From Dehalococcoidia bacterium (GTDB taxonomy: Bacteria; Chloroflexota; Dehalococcoidia; Lucifugimonadales; UBA3495), in contig CBDCTI010000010.1 in NCBI GenBank assembly GCA_965222025.1, positions 250,375 through 314,374 on the forward strand: DNA of 64,000 nucleotides, in the 5' to 3' direction. Shown here piece after piece: positions 11,622 to 21,909 of the stretch (the stretch's first letter is position 1; each line of letters starts with the position of its first letter). The position numbers and the translations under genes were made by a program. The notes below the pieces were generated by a model, which saw nothing but the letters and a program-made list of their open reading frames with translations, was not told the origin of the DNA and ran no database searches.

Positions 11622-12767
11622 ATGAAACGCAGCCAATCACGCATCCTCACCACCCACACCGGCAGCCTGCCACGCCCCGACGGTCTGGTGGAGATGCTGG
11701 GGGCGGTTGCCCGTGGAGATGCGGTGGACGAGTCGGCCCTGGCGGACGCGGCCCGACAGGCGACCGCCGACGTGGTGCGGGGGCAGATCGACGCTGGCGT
11801 CGACGTGGTCAACGGAGGCGAGCAGTCGCGCGTCAGCTTCTCGACTTATGTAACGCAGCGGATGTCGGGGTTCGGCGGGACGTGGACACGGCGCGGACAC
11901 CGCGACCAGATGGAGTTTCCGTCAGTGATTCGTGCCCGGGTCGTCAATCTGATGCAGGGCGTCCCGATGTGCATCGGACCGCTGTCCTACGATCGGCTCG
12001 ATGCTGCCGAGCAGGAATGCGATGACCTCTTCAGCGCAATTTCCGAATCGGCATTAGCCCACGAGGAACTCTTCATGACTGCGGCGTCGCCGGGCATCAT
12101 CACCCTTACTATGAAGAACGACCACTACTCTTCATATGAAGACTACGTGTACGCTGTGGCGGAGGAGATGCGCAAGGAATACGAGCTGATCGTCTCCAGG
12201 GGGCTGACGCTCCAGCTCGACTGCCCCGACCTGGCCATGGAGCGCCACGTGTCATACCAGGACGAGCCGCTGGAGGCCTTCCAGGAAGTGGTAGAACTGC
12301 ATATTGATGCTATCAATCGTGCTCTGCGCAACATCCCAAGGGAGCAGGTGCGTCTGCACGTCTGCTGGGGCAACAGCGAGGGCCCGCACCACTACGACGT
12401 TCCCCTCCAGGACATCCTGCCCATCATCTACAGGGCGAACGTCGGTGCTCTGGTGATGGAAATGGCCAACCCTCGGCACGCCCATGAATACAAGGTCTAC
12501 GAACAGCTACCCTTGCCGGAAGATATGATGCTGGTGGCTGGCGTCATCGACACCAAGACCAACTACGTGGAGCACCCGGAATTGATCGCCGACCGCCTGC
12601 GATTGGCCGTGCAGGCCGCGGGCGGGGACCCGACGCGGGTGATGGCTGGGACCGACTGCGGTTTCGACACCTCCGCAGGCTCCAACCGCGTCGACAAGGG
12701 TGTGGTCTGGCTCAAGTTGCGCTCTATGCGCGAGGGCGCAGACATTGCCAGCCGAGACCTGTTCTGA
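11622..12767 (+). CDS. cobalamin-independent methionine synthase (MetE C-terminal domain)-like family protein
   Basis: 381 aa. The N-terminal ILTTHTGSLPRP motif is typical of the MetE-like/COG0620 family, and the sequence fits a TIM-barrel-type fold. Confidence 0.65.
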   Translation: MKRSQSRILTTHTGSLPRPDGLVEMLGAVARGDAVDESALADAARQATADVVRGQIDAGVDVVNGGEQSRVSFSTYVTQRMSGFGGTWTRRGHRDQMEFPSVIRARVVNLMQGVPMCIGPLSYDRLDAAEQECDDLFSAISESALAHEELFMTAASPGIITLTMKNDHYSSYEDYVYAVAEEMRKEYELIVSRGLTLQLDCPDLAMERHVSYQDEPLEAFQEVVELHIDAINRALRNIPREQVRLHVCWGNSEGPHHYDVPLQDILPIIYRANVGALVMEMANPRHAHEYKVYEQLPLPEDMMLVAGVIDTKTNYVEHPELIADRLRLAVQAAGGDPTRVMAGTDCGFDTSAGSNRVDKGVVWLKLRSMREGADIASRDLF

Positions 12768-13345
12768 CGACCGGCATTCCAGTAGTTGGACCACCCGGTA
12801 CCAAACACTATCAGTTAATGACTCTTGCTCCGCTGGATCCGTAGACGCATTCCTATCAGGGTGTTGTGCTTGCCTCGCACAGCAAGTTCAGCACGGGTCA
12901 ACCTGCTCACTAGGTAGCCGACTCATGGAGCCAACTGCCTGAAGTGCAAGGATTTTGAGACCATCTTTTTGCACAGTCCATACCCGTCAGCCGCTGCCGA
13001 ATTAGTCTCCAATGGGATGGACGCTTTTTGAAGGCGTCTCACTCCTCGGGGCCGGTAACTGCAGGCCGGCTCGTTTCTGGAGCATACCCTGAGAACACGC
13101 TTTGTTTTCCCTCATCAGTGCCAACCAATCCAGACAGTCGGGAGGGTGCACGCCCTCAAGATCGAATCGATCCACGCGTGGTACGTCACCCCCGTATGAG
13201 CGGAGGCGGCGGCAAGGAGGAATAGGCAGACGCTCACCAACAGGCTCTAGCAGCCAGGGTCGGAACGCTACGGTAGTCTGCTCCGTTCTTGCCCGTGTGA
13301 TAAACTGCCGTCCAACATCGTCACTGTGCTTGCGGAGGGGGCAGT

Positions 13346-14416
13346 TTGGCCGACAGCTTGATTACTGACGAAGTGCGCGCCCTGATTGGAACGGAGACCC
13401 CGCCTGAGCGGAACCGCTTTCCCATCAGCGAGGAAATGGCGTACGACCTGGCCGATGCCACCGAGGACCCCAATCCTCTTTATGTCGACCGCGACGTCGC
13501 GGAATCCAGCCGCTTCGGTGGTATGATCTGCCCTCCCCTGGCCACGTGGAAGGACATCACGCCGCCCATCGGCTACTTCGGTGCCGGTCAGGAGTCCCAC
13601 TTCGAGGTTCCGCTCCCCTTCAACAGCTACGGCCTCAACGGCGGCAGCGACTGGCAGTTCCTGCGCCCACCCTACGTTGGAAGCTGGATCACGCGGCAGT
13701 TCAAGATCCTGGATATCTTCCAGAAACAGGGACGTTCCGGACCATTGGTGTTCGTCGAACGCCTCGAGACCCAGACCGACCAGCACGGGCAGGTCATCCT
13801 GCTGGCCCGCCGTGTCAGCATTCACCGGGCACTCGACCAGGACGCCAGCACTCCCCGGGATGGCGCCAACGTTGCCAGCGAACTCCACACCGTCAACCTG
13901 TCGCCCCCAGGCCCCGGCGAGGAAGTGGCCCGCCCTTCCCCGTCTGACCGGGCCCAGCTGTACTTCGAGGATATCGCGGACGGCATGGGTCTCCCGCCAG
14001 TTATCAAGGGCCCCCTGACCACCACGCATCTGGTGCGTTGGGCCGCGGCCAACGGCAACTACGCCCGAATCCACTGGGATCTTCCCTTCGCCCAGATGCA
14101 GCAGGGTCTTGAGAACGTCGTGGTAAATGGCTCCCTCAAGAACCAGTACCTTGGCCAGCTGCTCGTCGACTTTGCCGGGCACGGCGGCTGGCTCCGCCGT
14201 TTCTACGTGCAGCACCGCGGTATGGACTATCCAGGCGATGTTATGACCGCCGCTGGCATTGTCACCGGTCTCCGAGAAGTTGACGGCTTAGGCCTCGCGG
14301 ACTGCACCGTCACACTCACCAACAGCCGCGGCCACCAGACCGCCTCTGGCGTCGGCACAGTGGCCCTGCCTCGTCGCGGGCAGGAACTGCCGCTGGTGTG
14401 GGAGCCGGAGGACTAG
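13346..14416 (+). CDS. double hotdog-fold (FAS1-like/MaoC-like) acyl dehydratase
   Basis: 356 aa. N-terminal EDPNPLYVDRDVAESSRFGGMICPP and a C-terminal half with LVRWAAANGNYARIHWD (MaoC-like). TTG start as given in the ORF track. Confidence 0.6.
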   Translation: MADSLITDEVRALIGTETPPERNRFPISEEMAYDLADATEDPNPLYVDRDVAESSRFGGMICPPLATWKDITPPIGYFGAGQESHFEVPLPFNSYGLNGGSDWQFLRPPYVGSWITRQFKILDIFQKQGRSGPLVFVERLETQTDQHGQVILLARRVSIHRALDQDASTPRDGANVASELHTVNLSPPGPGEEVARPSPSDRAQLYFEDIADGMGLPPVIKGPLTTTHLVRWAAANGNYARIHWDLPFAQMQQGLENVVVNGSLKNQYLGQLLVDFAGHGGWLRRFYVQHRGMDYPGDVMTAAGIVTGLREVDGLGLADCTVTLTNSRGHQTASGVGTVALPRRGQELPLVWEPED

Positions 14417-15600
14417 CCTTGCTGGCCGGCCTGCGAGTTCTCGACCTGGGGCCGGGCATCGCCCCTTCCTTCTGCGCCAAGCTGCTGGCCGACTACGGTG
14501 CCGAGGTCATCAAGGTAGAGCCCCCACAAGGGGACCCACTCAGACGCCAAGGACCCTTCGCCAGCGACGACCCCCATCCCGAGAAGAGCATCCCGTTCCT
14601 TTATGTGAACACGGGGAAACGGGCTGTTACCCTCAACCTTTCGACCGAGTCAGGCAGCGCCCTGTTGCGGAAACTCCTGGACGACGCCGACGTTCTCGTG
14701 CAGGGTTTCCCGCCTTCGTTCACCGAAGGCTCGCCAATCAGCTACGAAGCTCTATGCGGCACGCACCCCCGGTTGGTGGTGACATCAGTCACGCCCTTCG
14801 GCCAGGACGGCCCATACCGAGACCTCCAGACGACCGACATCATCACCTGCGCCATGAGCGGCCTGATGTACCACTCCGGCGACTCCGACAAAGAGCCGCT
14901 GCGCAACGCCCTGGACCAGTCGCTGTATGTGGCCGGCTCCAACGCGGCAGCGGCCACCCTCGTAGCAGTTTTCGCCCGGCTCACGTCTGGCGAGGGGCAG
15001 CACGTGGACGTCTCCGTGGCAGAGTGCCTGGCCAGTCACCTGGTCCAGCCTGTGCCCTACTACAACTACATGGGCGCCACAAAGGGCCGGAGACCGGTCC
15101 GTGGGTCAGGCTTCGAGGAGCTCATGCCCGCCCGCGACGGCTACGTCGTGCCGTCCGTACAGGGCTCCCAACCGTGGGAGACGGTCGCCGACCTGATTGG
15201 CCTTGAGGAACTGCACGACCCCCGGTTCGCCACGGGCGCCGGGCGGATAGCTCACGGCGAGGAACTGAAGGCCTTACTCGTAAAGGGTCTGTCCCAATGG
15301 GACCGGCTCCCTCTCTTCGAGGCATCGGGCGAGCGGCGTCTCGTATTTGGCATGGCCCAGGATGCCGGTGATATGGTCGGCTGCCCGCACCTGGAAGCCC
15401 GTGGGTTTTTCCACGAAGTCGAACATCCGGTGGTCGGCACTGCTACCTATCCGGGCATGGGTGCCGCCCTGTCTGACTATCCAGCTCAAGCCCCTATTCC
15501 TGCCCCGGTGCTGGGTCAGCATAACCGCGAAGTCTACTGCGACGAACTTGGTATGAGCAACGATGAGTTGCTGGCGCTTAGATACGCGGGTGTGATATGA
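14398..15600 (+). CDS. family III CoA-transferase (CaiB/BaiF)
   Basis: LRVLDLGPGIAPSFCAKLLADYGAEVIKVEPPQGDPLR N-terminus. The start is either GTG 14398 or the in-frame TTG 14419. Confidence 0.85.
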   Translation: MGAGGLALLAGLRVLDLGPGIAPSFCAKLLADYGAEVIKVEPPQGDPLRRQGPFASDDPHPEKSIPFLYVNTGKRAVTLNLSTESGSALLRKLLDDADVLVQGFPPSFTEGSPISYEALCGTHPRLVVTSVTPFGQDGPYRDLQTTDIITCAMSGLMYHSGDSDKEPLRNALDQSLYVAGSNAAAATLVAVFARLTSGEGQHVDVSVAECLASHLVQPVPYYNYMGATKGRRPVRGSGFEELMPARDGYVVPSVQGSQPWETVADLIGLEELHDPRFATGAGRIAHGEELKALLVKGLSQWDRLPLFEASGERRLVFGMAQDAGDMVGCPHLEARGFFHEVEHPVVGTATYPGMGAALSDYPAQAPIPAPVLGQHNREVYCDELGMSNDELLALRYAGVI

Positions 15601-16973
15601 GCCGCCCACCGCTCGAGAACATCCGCGTATTGGACCTGAGCCGCGTGTTCGCGATGCCCTTCGCGGGCGCGAACCTGGCCGACCTGGGCGCTGAGGTCAT
15701 CAAGATAGACACCTGCCAGGCCCAGTTCATGGAGACCACTCGCACAATTACCGGCCCCTTTCCCGACAACCAGCCAGGCGACCTTTGGTGGGAGCAGGGC
15801 GGCACCTTCCAGACCCTGAACCGGGGTAAGCGCAGCCTGACCCTGGACCTGCGTTCCGAGGAAGCACAGTCTATCCTCAAAGAGCTGGTGTCGATCAGCG
15901 ACATAGTGCTTGAGAACTTCACCCCCCGGGTGATGACCCGTTTCGGTCTCGACTATGCGTCGTTGCGGGCCGTCAAACCCGACCTGATCATGGTCTCGAA
16001 CACCGGCTACGGGCACAGCGGCCCTTGGAGCAACTTCGGCGCGATGGCCTCGGCCTTGGAGCCGACCCACGGCACTGGCGCCTTCATGGGTTATCTCGAC
16101 GATGACGGAAGTGGCACACTTGGGTCGGGAAGCATCCCCAACAAGGTGGGCAATTCTTATACCGACTTCCTGGCTACCTGGACTGCACTCCTCTCAATCA
16201 TGGCTGCCCTGCTCAACCGGGCTGCCACCGGCCGGGGTACTTGGATAGACCTCGCCATGTACCAGGCCGGCGCCTCGTTCGTTGGCGAGGGGCTGCTCGC
16301 CTACTCACTGAATGGTGAGCGCACCCGTCGCATCGGCAACCGGCACCCGTCCATGGCCCCTCACGGCTGCTATCCCTGCAGAGGCAACGACCAGTGGGTG
16401 ACTATCGCCGTACGTGACGACACGGATTGGGCAGAATTCTGCAGGGCCATTGACAGCGCTGATCTGGCCGACGATGGCCGTTTCGCCACCGTCTCCCAGC
16501 GCCTTGCGCACCAGGATGAGCTGGACGGCATTGTCTCGGGCTGGACCAGGACCCGTGCCTCCTATGAGGTGATGGAAACGCTACAGGCCGCAGGCATTCC
16601 TGCAGGTCCGATGTTGACCGCGGGCCAGGTCCTCTCCGATCCGCAGTTCCGGCAGAGAGGCTTCTTCGAGAAAGTCGAACACGCTCCGGAAACCGGTCTG
16701 GGCTCCAAGGAGTACATCGGCAGAGGTTGGAAGTTTTCGAAGAGCGAAACCCGAATCGCAGGTCCCGCCCCGCTGCTGGGAGAGGCCAACGACTACGCGT
16801 TGCGAGAACTGCTGGGCCTTTCGCAACCGACAATCACAGCGCTGTCTGAACAAGAAATAGTAGGTAACGAGCCGGTCGGCGGACGCCCCCCGTCCCAGGT
16901 GTCAATGGAAACCCAGGTTGAACTCGGATGGATCGCTGCCTACACGCCCGACTACAAGACCACGAATCACTGA
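15597..16973 (+). CDS. family III CoA-transferase (CaiB/BaiF), second copy
   Basis: IRVLDLSRVFAMPFAGANLADLGAEVIKID N-terminus. The ATGA overlap with the upstream CoA-transferase suggests an operon. Confidence 0.85.
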   Translation: MSRPPLENIRVLDLSRVFAMPFAGANLADLGAEVIKIDTCQAQFMETTRTITGPFPDNQPGDLWWEQGGTFQTLNRGKRSLTLDLRSEEAQSILKELVSISDIVLENFTPRVMTRFGLDYASLRAVKPDLIMVSNTGYGHSGPWSNFGAMASALEPTHGTGAFMGYLDDDGSGTLGSGSIPNKVGNSYTDFLATWTALLSIMAALLNRAATGRGTWIDLAMYQAGASFVGEGLLAYSLNGERTRRIGNRHPSMAPHGCYPCRGNDQWVTIAVRDDTDWAEFCRAIDSADLADDGRFATVSQRLAHQDELDGIVSGWTRTRASYEVMETLQAAGIPAGPMLTAGQVLSDPQFRQRGFFEKVEHAPETGLGSKEYIGRGWKFSKSETRIAGPAPLLGEANDYALRELLGLSQPTITALSEQEIVGNEPVGGRPPSQVSMETQVELGWIAAYTPDYKTTNH

Positions 16974-17127
16974 ATCGCCGGCAGATTGCCCCTCAATTGA
17001 GACGCTCCAGGCCTGGCCTGTGTCGCTGCGATGTGTATTATCAACCGACGTGATGCTTCGCACTGCATTCACTTCGCGAATCCGAGATGTGCACCCAGCT
17101 TTAGCGTGCTTCCGGGAGCTGTATTTC

Positions 17128-17520
17128 TCACCCAGCCGGAGTTCTGCTGATAATCCGGATCAGCCGATACCCGTACCTGGAAGCGTCCTGAGGCGGCTTC
17201 TCCATGTCTGGCCATGCATCGTACCGTACGACTTCCAGTCGGTATATAAATCCTTGCTCGTAGTCAAATCCCTTGATTTCGTCATAAAAGAGCTCGCCAT
17301 TAACCACTAGGCACTTCATGGGCGCTACGCCTACGCAGTCTCTGAGTTCTGACCCAACTACCAGCAGGAGCGACTGGCTGTCATCGGAAGATACACAAGC
17401 AACCGTGATCAGGGTGACCACTGTCGCGATCACGAACGATACTATCGGCAGCAAAACTCTGGGGCGAACTCTCCGGTGATCAATGGGTGATTTTCTTCCG
17501 AACCTCATATTCATGACCAT
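17128..17520 (-). CDS. small secreted/lipoprotein-like protein (DUF4377-like)
   Basis: 130 aa. N-terminal TM/signal segment with VACVSS, then C..G..PM.CL...GELFYDEIKGFDYEQGFIYRLEV...PPQDASRYGYRL, which matches my recollection of DUF4377. Confidence 0.45.
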   Translation of the reverse strand: MVMNMRFGRKSPIDHRRVRPRVLLPIVSFVIATVVTLITVACVSSDDSQSLLLVVGSELRDCVGVAPMKCLVVNGELFYDEIKGFDYEQGFIYRLEVVRYDAWPDMEKPPQDASRYGYRLIRIISRTPAG

Positions 17521-17818
17521 GATTGTTTCACTTGTTACAAATATTGACTATTTCAATTAGTAATACGATGGAACCTAGTCGATGGTTCTACCTTCTCCTC
17601 AACCGATAAGACAACAACGGACCTACGCCTTCGGGGAGAAGCTCAGCTAGAGGCCTTTGGGAGGATCAGCGGGCAACCAATCCCCTAGACCTATAACAGG
17701 CCGCCTGGGCGTGGCGGCATCATGCCAAGGGGTAAAAAAGGGCGCTCAATTATGCTCAAACGGGACTAGTAGTCGAACATTTTTGAATTGAGTACTGAGC
17801 GAGAGTAGTCTACCAAGC

Positions 17819-18133
17819 CTAGTACTCGGTCAAAGTAGAAGTGTCAGGGTATAGCCTACGGAGTTTGGTTCTGGCCTTCCTGGTGGTAAATCGCCAGTTG
17901 ATGGGGGCTGCCGCGGCGTTGCGCTCCGAGACGCAGGTGTTGACGGCTTGCTCCAAGCTGTCCTCGTCCGGGTTGCGCCCCCGCAGACAGGCTCGGGCGA
18001 GGACGCTGAACTCGATCTCCGCCATATTCAGCCAACTCCCATGCTTGGGCGTGTGGTGGAACTCCAGCCGCTTGGCAATGCGCCGAGCCTCTGCTGGCGG
18101 GAAGGTCTCGAACAGCGACTGTTGATGGTCTAC
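17819..18133 (-). pseudogene. IS630-family transposase, C-terminal fragment only
   Basis: The last about 104 codons of the 17819..19009 ORF align with the IS630 copy at 20263-20934 (PAEARRIA..HHTPKHGSWLNMAEIEF...WRFTT..AR.KL..LYP). The upstream part was replaced by the ISNCY-like insertion. Confidence 0.75.
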
Positions 18134-18139
18134 GATTCG

Positions 18140-19785
18140 GTCACCTGCTAACTGGTCAGCGAACATGTCATCCCCATGAGGGATGTAACGTTGAACCAGC
18201 AGGAACAGGCAAGGATTCCGGTTCTCAACGGTGTTCTGGAATACCAGCTTCCCATCGCGCAGGCCGCCGAGATCATGGGAGTGAGCGAACGCCACACCAA
18301 GCGTCTCCTCGCGGCTTACCGCAGGAACGGTGCCGCCGCACTGGCCCATGGGAACCGGGGCCGAAGACCTCACAACGCCGTCCCTGAGACGGCCGCCGCT
18401 GCCGTGGTGAAGCTGGCCAGCAACGGCTATGCGGGCGCCAACCACACTCATCTCACCGAGCTGCTGCGGGAGCGCGAGAGCATCGACCTGAGCCGCCCCA
18501 CGGTGCGCCGCATCCTGACCAAGGCCGGCATCGGCAGTCCTCGCAGCCGCCGCTCCCAGCAACACCGGTTCCGGCGCCGGCGCATGCCCCAAGAGGGCAT
18601 GCTGGTGCAGATCGATGGCAGCAACCATCCCTGGCTGGAGGACCGGGGACCGAAACTGACGCTGCTCATCGCCGTGGACGACGCCACCGGCACCGTGGCC
18701 CAAGCCGATTTCCGCACCGGCGAGGACACCCGCGGCTACCTGATGCTCCTGGAGGGCCTGGTCCGTCAGTGGGGAATCCCCCTGGCCCTCTACAGCGACC
18801 GCCACGCTGCCTTCAAGTACAACGCCCGTCAGAAGCCGGTGCCTGTTGAAACCACCCACCAGTTCGCTAGGGTGATGCGGGAGCTGGGCATCCAGCAGAT
18901 ATTCGCACTCTCTCCGCAAGCCAAGGGACGGGTGGAGCGGATGCTGGAAACCTTCCAGGACCGGCTGGTCACCGAACTGCGCCTTGCCAAGGCCGGCACC
19001 GTCGACCAAGCCAAGGAGGTCCTCCAGGAGTTTCTACCCAAGATCAACGCCCGGTTCGCCGTGGCTGCGGAGCAGCCCGAGACTGCCTACCGCCCGGTGC
19101 CGGCCGAGCTGTCTCTGACCGAGACCATCTGCATCAAGGACACCCGCAAGGTGGCCCGAGACAACACGGTGAAGTACCACTGGCGGGTCCTGCAGTTGCT
19201 GCCTGGACAGGAACGGCCCAGCTATGCCGGTCTCCGGGTGGACGTCATGGAACGGGCCGACGGGTAGCTGATGATCAGGTACCAGGGAGAGGCCGTGGAT
19301 TATCAGGAGGGGCCGCCGCCCTCCTCGGCGCTGTGGAGCGCAGCCAACGCCTGCTTCCCCGGCCCGGAACAGCAGGAGGGCGCCGATGGGGTGGTCAACA
19401 GCCATCTGAACGAGGCTCAACAAGAACGCCTGGCCGCCCTTGAATCGTCAGAATCGTCCGATGACGACGAGGCCAACGACGAAGACGTAGCCACCAGGCG
19501 CAGAGGTGGAAAGACAAAGCCAGTTCGCCACCAGTTGCGCCGGACGCCCACGGAAACCCAGCAGGCTCGCTGGGAGGCGGTCCAACAGGCCAAGGAGCAG
19601 GGGCTTTCCCTCCGGGCCATCGCCCGGAAGCTGGGCATGGACCGAAACACCGCCGGAAAGTACGCCCTGGCGGAGACTCCGCCTACAAAGAAACTCAGTG
19701 CAAAGGAGCGTGCCAAAGCAGAGACCCTGGCCGGATCACCAACCTCCGCCGACTAAACCGGGTGACATATTCGCTTTTCATTTAA
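18140..19785 (+). mobile_element. ISNCY-like (ISBst12-type) insertion sequence, approximate ends
   Basis: Contains the rve/DDE transposase 18176-19756. It is flanked by two IS630 fragments in opposite orientation. Termini were not resolved by eye. Confidence 0.55.
18176..19267 (+). CDS. ISNCY-family (HTH + integrase-core DDE) transposase, ends at an in-frame TAG
   Basis: HTH region (IAQAAEIMGVSERHTKRLLAAYR) and DDE core (VQIDGSNHPWLEDRG...LLIAVDDATG...YSDRHAAF...SPQAKGRVER). The same frame continues after TAG 19265-19267 into ORF 19271-19756. Confidence 0.75.
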   Translation: MRDVTLNQQEQARIPVLNGVLEYQLPIAQAAEIMGVSERHTKRLLAAYRRNGAAALAHGNRGRRPHNAVPETAAAAVVKLASNGYAGANHTHLTELLRERESIDLSRPTVRRILTKAGIGSPRSRRSQQHRFRRRRMPQEGMLVQIDGSNHPWLEDRGPKLTLLIAVDDATGTVAQADFRTGEDTRGYLMLLEGLVRQWGIPLALYSDRHAAFKYNARQKPVPVETTHQFARVMRELGIQQIFALSPQAKGRVERMLETFQDRLVTELRLAKAGTVDQAKEVLQEFLPKINARFAVAAEQPETAYRPVPAELSLTETICIKDTRKVARDNTVKYHWRVLQLLPGQERPSYAGLRVDVMERADG

Positions 19786-19789
19786 GGGG

Positions 19790-20900
19790 ACACAATCGCT
19801 GGACAACAACGTTGGTGTGCCGTGGCCGGGCGGCGGCATACAAGCAGACCCACGGGCGCATCCTGCTGCTGAGTGATGAGGCCCATACGGAAGGGGCCAT
19901 GAAGGATGAAGGCATTGCCCGGGTCCTGCAGATTGGCCGGGCGACGGGGGAGCGGGTGCGCCGCCGTTGCGTGGAGGAAGGAATTGAGGCGGCGCTGGGA
20001 CGAAAGCGGCAGCTTAATCGTCGTCCGAAGCGACTGGACGGTCAAGGGGAAGCCCACCTGATTGCCCTGGCCTGCGGAGAACCGCCGGAAAGCCGGGCGA
20101 GTTGGACACTGAAGCTGTTGGCCCACCGGCTGGTCGAATGCGAGATAGTGGAGAGCATCAGCACTGAAACGGTGTGCCAAACGCTCAAAAAACGAACTCA
20201 AGCCTTGGCTGAAGGAATGCTGGTGTATCCCTCCGCAAGGCAGCGCCGAGTTTGTCTGTGCGATGGAAGACGTGCTGGAAGTCTATCAGCGCCGGTATGG
20301 GGACAACGAAGTTCTTGTCTGTCTGGACGAGACCAGCAAGCAACAGGTGAAAGAGACGCGTCTGCCGCGTCCGGCCCGGCCTGGGGCGGCGGGCTCCTAC
20401 GATTACGAATACGAGCGCAACGGGGTGAGCAACCTTTTCATGTTGTTCGCTCCGCTGGAAGGGTGGCGCCGGGTGGAAGTGACGGACCGGCGCACGAAAG
20501 CCGATTGGGCCCGGGTGGTCAAGCAACTGGTGGACGAGGACTGCCCGCACAAGGGCCGTATTGTGCTGGTGATGGACAACTTGAACACCCACCACCAGTC
20601 CTCGCTGTACGAGGAATTTGAACCTGCCGAAGCGCGGCGCATCGCCGAACGATCGGAGATCCACTACACGCCCAAGCATGGCAGTTGGCTGGATATGGCC
20701 CAGACCGAAATCGGGGTGATGGCCCGGCAATGCCTGGACCGCCGCATTCCTGATCAAAGAACTCTGCGGCGGGAGGTGGGAGCGTGGCAGGCTCAAGGCA
20801 ACCGGGACCGGTTACGAGTGGACTGGCGCTTCACCACCGAGGATGCCCGCATCAAACTGAAGTCTCTTTACCCATCAATCCAACACCGATGGTCTACTAG
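19790..20900 (+). pseudogene. IS630-family transposase, 5'-truncated and frameshifted
   Basis: The HTH half (…GRILLLSDE…WTLKLLAHRL) lies in one frame to about 20190. The DDE half (MEDVLEVYQ...LDETSKQQV...VMDNLNTHH...HYTPKHGSWLDMAQTEI) lies in another. The frames switch at CTCAAAAAACGAACTCAAG. The 3' end is interrupted by an IS5-type element at 20901. Confidence 0.8.
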
Positions 20901-21788
20901 GGCGAATCGACAATTGCTAGCCCCAGATGACTGAGGAGACCAGATGCAAGGCCGACAGCAGGTAGAGGCTTCGACGGTCGTATCTGGTTGCGATTCGCCG
21001 CCAGTGTTTCAACTTGTTTCAGGCTCTTTCGATCAGATTCCGTTGCTTTTACAGTTCCCGGTCATATTCCCAAGGCTCCTTCCGGTTTGACTTGGGCGGT
21101 ATGACCGCCTCGGCTCCCTGGTCCCTGACAAAGGCCAGTACGCGGTTGCTTTCATACCCCTTGTCGGCGATGACGGCCCTCGTCTCTATGCCGGTCAGCA
21201 GGGGTATGAACTGGGAAACATCGGCCCTCTGACCACCGGTGATGGAGAAACGCACCGGCCGGCCCATGGCATCAGCCACCAGGTGAATCTTGGTGCTCAG
21301 TCCGCCCCCTTCGGCAGGCTCAGGAGGAGCGGCCCAGAGCCTCACTTTGGCCCCCCCTTTGCCACAGGCTGCCTGCTGATGGGCCCGGACTATGGTGGAA
21401 TCAATCATGACGTGCCTGTTGTCCGGGTCATCCAGCAACGCCTGAAAGACTCCCTCCCAGATTCCAGACCTGGCCCAGCGGGTGAAACGCTTGTGGGCAC
21501 TCTTCCAGTTGCCGTACCCAGGGGGCAGGTCTTTCCAATGGGCACCGCTGCGCAGAACCCAGAGCACCCCATTAACGAAGGTCCGGTTGTCCTTGGCTGT
21601 AACCCCGACCCAGCCGGCACGCCCCGGCAAGAAGCTCTCTATCCGGTCCCACTGAGCAGCACTCAATTCGTAGCTCACCACACACCTCCCCTCACCGGCA
21701 CTTTGACGCCGGACTTACAATCTACCCACTAAACTCCGATTTACCCCCTCTAAGCTTTATCCCAGTTTCACCCAATTGTCGATTCGCC
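20901..21788 (-). mobile_element. IS5-family (IS427/IS1031-like) element with decayed transposase
   Basis: Terminal inverted repeats GGCGAATCGACAATTG / CAATTGTCGATTCGCC, flanked by CTAG on both sides (20897-20900, 21789-21792). The transposase frame 20917-21681 (…WKDLPPGYGNWKSAHKRFTRW…DKGYES…ELYKQRNLIERA.NKLKHWRRIATRYD) carries in-frame TAA (21049-21051) and TGA (21019-21021). Confidence 0.85.
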
Positions 21789-21909
21789 CTAGTAGAGCGA
21801 AATCTTTGTATTGATGGGCAGTGGGACTGACGAAATGACCGGGCAACGATTTGAACGGGTAACCTGCGGGCAAGAATTTCCCATCATTTCTACGATGATG
21901 GTCTACTAG

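Noticed and set aside
12768-13345. 580-bp ORF-free gap after the MetE-like gene, considered as a possible riboswitch (e.g. cobalamin/SAM)
   Set aside because: I could not identify any conserved riboswitch core motif by eye. Without a covariance-model search the claim would be unfounded.
19506-19790. N-terminal part of the tracked 371-aa ORF (19506-20621)
   Set aside because: It overlaps the ISNCY-like C-terminal ORF in another frame and is Pro/Arg-rich. IS630 homology only begins near 19790.
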